Shown in pieces: positions 54,601-64,000 of a stretch of DNA of 64,000 nucleotides. This DNA comes from the human T2T-CHM13v2.0 reference genome, Homo sapiens: assembly GCF_009914755.1 (NCBI RefSeq), contig NC_060926.1; one strand, 5' to 3'. Positions within the stretch are counted from its first letter, which is position 1; every line of letters begins with the position of its first letter. The notes beneath the pieces are model-generated. The model searched no databases. It saw nothing but the letters and a program-made list of their open reading frames with translations, and was not told the origin of the DNA. The translations under genes and the position numbers were made by a program.

Positions 54601-57600
54601 GATGCTGCTGATAATAGTGATGGTGGTTTGACATCTTCTACATGAGCAAAGTAACCCTGTGGGGAGGACCAGAAGTTGAAAAGTATACACTGACAGTGGG
54701 CTTTTTGTGCCTTGTCACCAACAACTCAGAAGAACTTGGTGCTTTGCCTGGCAGCACAGAGGGTCAAACGTGAAACTGTGCCAGGAGCTGGAAGGCTCAG
54801 GTGGAGGTAGAAGAGGACCAGAAGGCAGATTTGGGCAAGGGAGTGTAATTTAAAGCCAGGTGAGGACAGCAGACTTCCCTAGAGATGAGAGAGTCTTGGC
54901 TGGCTGATGGCATCTCTGCTTATATCCTGGTCCCCTAGAGTTCCTCACCAAAGCATGGATCCCAGGCCCAAACTCAACCTGGGTGGTCAGAGGAGTGCAG
55001 GGCCTCTCCCTTCATTCCTTGGGCCCAAGAAGAGGGGAGGAGCTTTTACTGAGGCTGAGAGGACTGGTGGCATCTTCTACCCAGGTGTGAACTTTATAAC
55101 AAATATGTTGTTTAGATTAGGTGGCTAAATGATTCTGGGTTTCCCTAGCTCCATGTTGAGAATGTGTCAGACCACTCATAACTGGCAGGTATCTGAGTAA
55201 CAGTCCTCAAGAAGGAGCAGATATTATTGTGCACATTGAGCAAAAAGGGCTGTGAAGGGCAGCTGTGTTAAACCATTCGCCTCTGGTCCTGCAATTAGTC
55301 CTCCACAGAGCTGGGTCTGGGCCGAGGTCATCGTAAGCCCTTCTTCTGATCTTTCCTGTGGCGACTACTGTCACTTCTTTAATTAAAGCTTGCAATAATT
55401 TTTCCTAGCCTAACGATAAGAAAAACAATCATTCAGAAGCCAATAAAATAGGGGAAGCCAAGTCAAGAGGATGGTAACTATTTAAATATCAGCCATATTT
55501 AGATATTTTAAATCAAGTAATATGCTAGCAAAACATTCTCTATGCATGCCTTAATTAAGCAAAGATGCAGGGAGGCTATAAAATCCTACAACTTGCAGTC
55601 CACTTTTACTTGAATAAACAAAAAGCTCTTATTAGCCAAGTTTCCTTAGTCAAGAAGCAGAAGCGTCATGTCAATGAAGTTAACTGTTAAGAACAAAGTA
55701 TTTTAACTTCACGTTGTCATTCAGGAAAGAATTTTGAGTACTCTTTTTAAAAAAATTGGCAGTTGTCATTTAATATATGATGTGATCTAAAAGCATATTA
55801 TTTTTTAATGTTACCTAGGAGATTTCATCAGCTTCATGACACTCTTAATCTTTGGTATAATTGTCTAAATTGATAGAACATCTTTTATTTAACTGATGGA
55901 GGCACTGCCTGCCCTTTTATAAGTCAAGTAAACAGGTCTCTGAGTTCTCACTTCCTTTGTCTCGCTTTAAAAAAAAAAAAAACAAAAAAAAAACCTTCCT
56001 AAAACTCTCTGATGATGATAAAAGTGGAATTGTTTTAAAAGATAAGAAGCACCCAAATTATTTTCTCTCTGACCTTTGTAGTTTCCAGGACAAGCAGCTT
56101 CTGTGAGCAAAATTGTTCAAGTTTTTTCTTACAATGGATACCTGACATTGTTCCCTAAGAAAAACATACTGTTCCTGATAAGGAAAGTTATTAAGCCCTC
56201 ATCTTTGCTCAGAAAACAATTTAACAAAAATAAAGTTGGGGAGTATTTTAATATTTCTGAGAAAAAGTTTGAAAGAAAGGACTGAAAAATACAATAGATT
56301 ACATTATCTGTAGGTGCCCATGTAGTTTTATACACTGTGCCTTATTGAAACAATCTAAGATAGGTTTCAAGGATAATTCTTGGCAGCCTTTTGATACGAG
56401 CAGAACATTTACATAGCTAAAGTTTAATGCGTTAAAAGTTTTGTAAAAAGAATTATTAGGAGAGTGAAGCAGAAAAATCACACAGTTAAAATTTTATATA
56501 TCATATGTTAATCATGCTTAAACCTCTGAAACTGGCTATTTCTTAAATTGAGGAGCTCAGTTTCAGATGCCATCTCATTCTAAACTTAAACATGTTTTTG
56601 GTTTAAAAAAAAAAAAGTTACCAGTTACCAGTTGTTCAGAGAGGCAGCATGCATTCAAAGGCTAATTCACTGGTGATGAGCTCCCATTATCATTTTTTTC
56701 TGGGGTTTCAAAACAAACAAGCATGATCTATGTATCCTTGCAGGTTGCAAAGTCTGTAACAACAGTATGACACTATTGTCATCAATTCTTAACGAACTAT
56801 GAACTAAATAGCTATGAAGGCAAAGCGATCATAAAACCTCTTCCCTTTACCAAAGAAGTGGGTATTGCTTTTGCAGTGGTTTCTTGCCCCAGCTGGAGGT
56901 ACGGTATATAGTCAGGGAAAAGGCATGAAGTATATTAGAGCCACATAAAAAGAAGCATACATTTACAAATAATAAGATTCATTAAGGAAAATAATAGAAC
57001 AGGCAGTAATAGTCATTAACTCTAGAATTCATAACTCTTCTGATTTCTCATTCACAGTAAGCTTTGTGGTATGCTACAGTTTTTAATAGTCTAGCAGCTT
57101 TTTTTATTCTTTTTTTAAAAGATGATTGGCTTTGAATGCTAGAATATGCAAATATACATAAAAGACTGACTTTACTGACCATTTCTTTGTGTTTGGGTAT
57201 ATATTTCTGTATGGCATAATATTTCCACTTGCACTGGTTTCCTGGCATGAAAATGTTTATTGCGCTCATTAGCTAAGAGGGTATCGGCACCGGTCCAATG
57301 AACACAGATCTGCCTTCTGATTTCAGCCATTAAATTGCAATGGGATTCACAGGCTTAACATTGTGGGTGTGAGAATAGTAAAATGGAACTCCATCCTTAG
57401 CCCAGTTACCATGGATGCAGTTAAAGGTCATAGTGGCAGCTGCTAACTAGTTGCCTTTTGAGCTGTGTTTCCCCTCCTGCTCTGTGTTTTCGAGCACTTT
57501 CTATGGGTCTGCCGTGGAATACCTTCACCTACTTTGGTGACACGCTAACCTCTTCTTTAAGGCAACGGGCTCCCTCTTTTCAAGACAATGGTTGCCATGG

Positions 57601-57839
57601 ACCTTCTCTTGTATTTATGTGTCATGGATATGATATAGAATCAGAAGGCAAAAGCCTTAATAAAAATACAAATTGTGGTTGCTTCTGCATCCTGAATTAC
57701 TTTCTCATTTTCTGCACACCGGTCTACATTCCCAACCAAAAAAAAAAAAAAAAAGTGTATAGTAAATTCTCATCTCCGTTTAAACTGGTAATGGGTTCAG
57801 GCACTGATGCATTCACAACGTGAAACATCAACGTCTTCT

Positions 57840-58045
57840 TCATTCGGCCCAAAGTCCTAGGAGTTAATTCCCTGTACTGCATGAGGTGTCAGGGTAATTA
57901 CCGCTGATCAGCCCTATTTCTCCGCGCGCTGCCCGCTCCTCGGGCCCCCTGTTTACTGATGCACCACCACAGCATCACGGCGCTTTCATTCAAGCAAGCT
58001 TCTTCATCGAAAGGGTTTGGACAATGTCGGATTTTCAAAGAGAAG
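57840..58045. promoter_or_regulatory. Candidate conserved enhancer-like element, CpG-retaining
   Basis: About ten CpGs in 200 bp; AGGTGTCA, TAATTA, TGTTTAC, ACAATG, TTCAAAG motifs; unique sequence. Confidence 0.4.
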
Positions 58046-61000
58046 TGGGGGGGAAAAAATTAAAAGTAGCCAAGCAAAATAAAGTGCATGGTAAGAAACC
58101 TGAAAGCAGTACAAAATATTCCCTGATGTCAACACTTCATTTCAATAGATCTTAAAACTCCTATTCATTTCCAATGAAGGTACTGTGAGCCTTGCCATGG
58201 GCAACATAACTGCATGATCATATTTTGAAATATTTGGGGACCACATAGCTTTAAAACGCCATTTTGGAAAAACATATTCCTTTTTGTTCTGTTTAGAAAT
58301 AAGTCCCAACCATGTAGCTATATACGCCAGAATACCAAAAAGAAAAAAAAAAAAACCTTACCAAAAAAATGTTGTACCCCTCTGTTTTAAACATACATTT
58401 ATATAACTTGTCATTTCATAAAAATAAATTAAGTATTATATGAGCCAAATGTTTCAATTCCACACAAGAGTGGTTTCTGGGACTCTTGGCAGGATGCCAC
58501 TATATTCATTTTTATTTCAGACACAATGTGAAGTCTTTAATTTTAATATACTTTGTAACTATAATGGTTATAAGGCATATACTGTACTAATTCATCCTCA
58601 TCCTTTCCTAGTCCTGGGGAGATTTCACTGAGGAACAGGAAGAGTTGTTGATTTCATGTCTCTTTCGGACTTTAAAATGTTGTTGAAGAGTGGCCTGGGG
58701 TGCAGGGAAAGCAGAAAGAGAGAGAACTGGTCATTGGGCAGTCTGGGCTCCGTGCCCTAAATGCTGGCTGTAGAGTTGGCTATCATCCTTCCTGGTCCCT
58801 GGTCCCTGGTCTCCGAGTTCAAGTGATGGCCAAGTAGAAAGGCAAAGAGTGGAAGACTTTGCTGCCGCCTGGGGCTCTTCCCCAGCTCCTGAGTTCCTGC
58901 TCTGGCAGCAATTCAGCTGAAACAAGAAGAGTATTGGCGAGTCAGCGGATGGGAGCCTCTCTGTCACTGCCCCATGTGATAGCAGCGTGGGCACTGGCCA
59001 AATTCTTCTCCACAGCTCCTTTATTCTCTGAATCCCCACTGGCCAGGAGTCAGAGAACCAAGCAGGGACAAGAACACTGTAGGAGAATCTGGCCCCATTT
59101 AATCCGCAGTACCCTGCCAGAAAAAGAAGGAGAGGCTGATCCCCAGTAAGAGGGAACAGAGTGGCACCCACAAATACGTATGTAAATCAATTAATCCCCA
59201 GTGATCGTCCTGAGGTTTCCTGGTGACCTCAGAAGCAGAGTGGTATTTCTTCATTAAAGGGGCTGGGTGGAGGTGGGGAGAGAGAGAAGTAATTTTCATA
59301 ATCTGTACGACTGTATTATTGGGAACACCAGAATAACATGTTTCAAGCGATCACAGAGACTTCAGCTCTACTCTTCCTCTGCCACACTCCTAATCAGAGA
59401 ATTTCTTCCTGTGCCTTGTTTACTGTTGATATTTTCTGGCTGATTGGAGAGGAATGACATTTTGACAATTTACTGTAGCAGTAAGCACTGTACAAACAAA
59501 AGGTGCTGATGAAAACTGGAACCCATTATTATGTAAATGATGGCTGAGTAACACAGAATCCATCTCCCAGTCACCATCATTGAGACCAGTTTTACTCAAT
59601 GATAATAATTTTCGTGATTGCAGACTTCAGAGTGATCAGAAATATGCTTTAGCTGTTGCATTTATCTACTGCTGGTACTTGACCCTTAATTAAATTCTGA
59701 AACTTTTTTATATAATAAAGTAAAATACAGCTGACACTTCTGTTCAAACAAAGAGGCTCAAACACAGATCCACCAAATAAGATAAAGGTATTTCAGACTT
59801 ACCTCGCTGTATTTATAGTAAACATGGATTGTACAGTGTATTTTGAAAGGGAGCTTAAAGTTTAAAATGCAGATGTGTGTTTTCAAGTAATTTCAATTCT
59901 GTACTTCGGCTCTGCTCTCCTTAAATGATGCTGAATCTCTGCAAGCTCATCTTGGACACGTCATAATAAAAAAAAATCTGCTTAAAAGACATTTAAATGT
60001 GCTCTGAAAATAAGTTCTGTGGGTTCTTTAAACTTTCCATCTTAATATCTAGACTATTCAAAGTGAGTCTTCAAAACTATGCCACTTATGAAGATCCACA
60101 CAGCTTAGTAAGCTATTGCATCGAGTTTTGTAAAGGAATATTTTCGTCATAAATTTGTTCTTGTCTTAAAAAGAGAAAGCCAAGGCAAATTTTAAAGCAG
60201 CATTTTGACTTTAATGAAAAATTGATTGGCTAAAACAGATGTCAGACTGAAACTACAAAGAGCCCAGGCATTATGCAGGTATCAGTTGCTTTGTTAAGAA
60301 TGGCTGACAGTGAGGAGACTTTGGCTAATGTGTTCTTATTCCCTTTAAACCCTGCCAATGCTCCAGAGCATTTATTTACCTTGGAGTTTCCTCCCTCTTT
60401 CAGGGCAGGAAGAAAGATCTTCATTTAGAATATATTAATAAATACAAGTCAGCTTAAAGGGGCAACAGTGTGAGCCCGGTTTTTAATATTTCCTTAGATA
60501 TAACCCTTTCTAACCAGGCAGCTCACAGAGCCAATGAGCTAAGAAGGTAATTACTTAAGTGGATTTCATGAAGAGTAGAAAGATGATTGTGCCACATTAA
60601 ATAACAATTGTGTCCTTAATGATGTGTTGGGCTATAATGCAAACATCCCTCCACCATCACAGGCAGGCGCTCCAGCGTACCTTTCTAATGACTCCGGTGG
60701 CTCCCGTCCCCCTGCCAGGACGTGGGGCTTTCAGAGCCTATGTAAACACTAAGTGAGCTGGTATATTTTTTTAAACTGCAGTGCCTGCAGCTGCGTGGTC
60801 ATTGATAAATTGGCTATGAATTGCTGAAATACTTCATATGAATATAAACATTGTTGTAGTTTTGCAGCTTTAAGAAAAACAGAAATGTACTTGACTTGAG
60901 AGAGAAGTCTGCAGTTCCAGAGTACAGCCTTCCAGAAAGTTCCTTCTTTGTTGTGTGTGAAGGATCTATTTTCACAAAATCCAGCGAGGTGGACTCAAAA

Positions 61001-62191
61001 ACTGTGAGGGGGTGGGAATGCGGTAGAGAAAATTCATTATTTTAAAAACTTAAAGATTGAATAAAATGTAAGTTAGCGTTTAAGTATCTATCTTAAATAG
61101 AAGCAGGAAATAATATTACAGCATATTAGATTTTATTGCTTCAGAATGTGTAGTATTCTGAATGTCCATGTCCACTTGACTTTGTGTAGAAACATTAAAG
61201 AAAGGCCACCATAATAAATATATCCAACACCTGAGTTAGGATTCACATTAGCTGCCACCTAACCTTAGAGGAAGAATTTTCACAGTGATGTAAACTTGAG
61301 AGATGAAAAGGATAATTAGTCCATGACTATAAATTTTCCTGTCTGCCCTTGGATGTTGTTATAATGACTATTTCCCCCATAGCCCACATTGGTATCTCTT
61401 TGTGGACATGCATGCTGAATCTCTAGTCATTTACTCTCTGATGTTAACATTAACAAATTTGAATTTGAGAGACATGATACAAATAAAATGCACAGTCCAA
61501 ATGTTGAGAAAGTACTTTACACTAAATCCTAGCCAGTTCTTTAGTATTGTACCCATTTCAGAGAACAGAGAAATAAGATACCTAAAATTGGAAAACTCTT
61601 ACGAATCTTGACTGTAACCTATATTGTGGGAATTGAAATGAACAGATCTCTTACCACTTTTTTGTTTGTTTTATTTAGGGAATGAAGACATTTGGAGAAG
61701 AAGCGTTTACTGAAAGGAGATTCCTGGGCTGGAGGAAAACCATGATCTACAGTTCATGTTGACAGATATTGTATTTTTGGTCCTAGATCTGACTTTTGAA
61801 ATGACTTATCACAAATTCAAATTTAGCAATCATGAGTGAAGTACCCACGATGTGCTAAGCATCTACCTCTGCAGATAGAAGAACACTTACTGTTCCTGAG
61901 CATGGGAGGGAATAGAAGTTCCTGGGTCCTGGCCTCACCTCATCAGGCACTGCCAAATTTGACACCTCCTTCCTGTTCACGGCAGTCCTTTGCGATAGGG
62001 TATTAGATGCCACCAAGTAGCTGCATAACTCACCCATTTGGTCAGAGCCTGGGTCTAAGCCAGGTCTGACAGACTCCAAAGCAAGCCCTGTTTACAGCAT
62101 GACTGGGATCCAGTGGGTAAGACCAACCTGTCAATGCCCAAGTGCAGATGCAATAATAGTGCTTCAACTGATTGTTGCAAACCCCTCATGA

Positions 62192-62760
<569 letters not shown>

Positions 62761-62927
62761 CTTCTATGGGGAGTGGATGTCTGCCTTACCTTGGCACAAT
62801 GCTTGGTTCTCAGATATCATTTCAGTGACATTGCCAAATGGGAGAAACCATGTCTGGTACACGGGACTCAAGCTGCCTCAAAATATCCTGAATGCATTTT
62901 TTCAGGGGAGAAAATCCATTTGAATAA

Positions 62928-63160
62928 GAATAGCTAGTTATAGCTTATTATGTGCCAGACACTATTCAAAGTGTTTAATGTGTATTAACTTCTCAAAACC
63001 ACTCTATAAGTTAGGTACTATGATTTCCATCTCCATTTTACAGACGAGGGAACTGAGCTGTCAAAACTAAGTGACTTGATTGAGGCCATGCAGCTGGCGA
63101 GGGGAGGACCAGGATCTGAACCCAACTGGGTCTCCCAAGCCTGGGCCACTGAACCATTTC
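62928..63160 (-). mobile_element. MIR SINE
   Basis: tatgtgccagacact...ctccattttacagacgagggaactgag...aagtgacttg...aggatctgaaccca. Confidence 0.8.
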
Positions 63161-64000
63161 ACCTCTTGGAAAAACTTAATGGTCAGAGTGGCCCACCCAG
63201 TCCATGGACAGCATGGAGGTAATGAACTTTAATCAGAAACTTATTGTGCATTGACTGAGCATTTATTCTTTTAAGACAATATGTTTGGATGTCTTTGGTT
63301 GTACAGAATTCAAATTATTAATAATGTTCACAAAAGTTGCCCTGTATTTTTATGCTGAAATACAACAAAATGTCAACTTGGTTCCAGTGACCTTTATACC
63401 GTACATATTATGTTTATTGTAGTTCTGTATTGTAGCTAAATTTATTATCTAACTTGTTGATGCCAATAAGCTGATGCATATGAAAGGTACCTGCAAAAAA
63501 ATTATCATATCAAAACACTTCAGAAGAAGCCATAAAAGTATTATGATAAAATATCAGAGGAAGATATAAAATTGGGGGGAGGTGAAGTTATACTTTGCAG
63601 CATTTGCTCACGATATTTGAGAGAGTAAACTTTTCTGTCTTTTAAATGATTTCTGAATTTCTCTAACAGTGCTGCTCTGTTTTCTCGGTCAACCTTGCTG
63701 GATAGCCCAGTTTTCCTTTGCAGTCTGCAGAGCATGTGGCAGGACTATAGGCCTGTTTTATCTCTTTCTCACATAGCCCTCTGACCAAGAATCTGCGGAG
63801 GTCATCCCTCACCTCCAGAGTTGGTCTTGTCCCTAGCACCCACGTGTGCTCTGTGGCTCAGAATGGTCTACAGGATCTTCCAAATCCAAGCACAGGGTAA
63901 AGGTTTGCAGTTTATATTTTTAATTTTTAGTACATGTTTACTGAGCTACCGAAGTGTGCCCAGCACTGTGCACACGCTGATCCCTCCATGGAGCATGGTT

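Noticed and set aside
58731-59171. Overlapping 146-aa (-) and 96-aa (+) ORFs
   Set aside because: Non-ATG starts in a GC-richer patch where stops are rarer; no recognisable protein

Overview
AT-rich, repeat-rich primate genomic DNA (AluY copies with intact TSDs point to a catarrhine, probably human), intronic or intergenic. I find no credible protein-coding gene, tRNA/rRNA or CRISPR array. The ORF track is explained by Alu/L1 relics and chance ORFs, and I could not name the locus. Much of the window is interspersed repeat: 10 Alus, several old L1M pieces, L2, L3/CR1, MIRs, MaLR LTRs, and MER45A/MER2/Tigger3/MER3 DNA transposons. Subfamily calls come from remembered consensus sequences and boundaries of old elements are approximate. 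Points of interest: (i) an old L1 at ~11.2-18.4 kb whose middle ORF2 segment appears inverted in place and carries a nested L1MC; (ii) candidate spliced non-coding exons, best at 45444-45604 (-), and an 18-nt microexon-like unit at 32686-32703 (+); (iii) repeat-poor, motif-dense enhancer-like islands at ~6.5, 25, 57.9 and 59.5 kb; (iv) a perfect 21-bp-arm palindrome cluster between two inverted Alus; (v) small local duplications and an Alu/L1 fusion. I cannot support a claim of a novel biological system from sequence alone.
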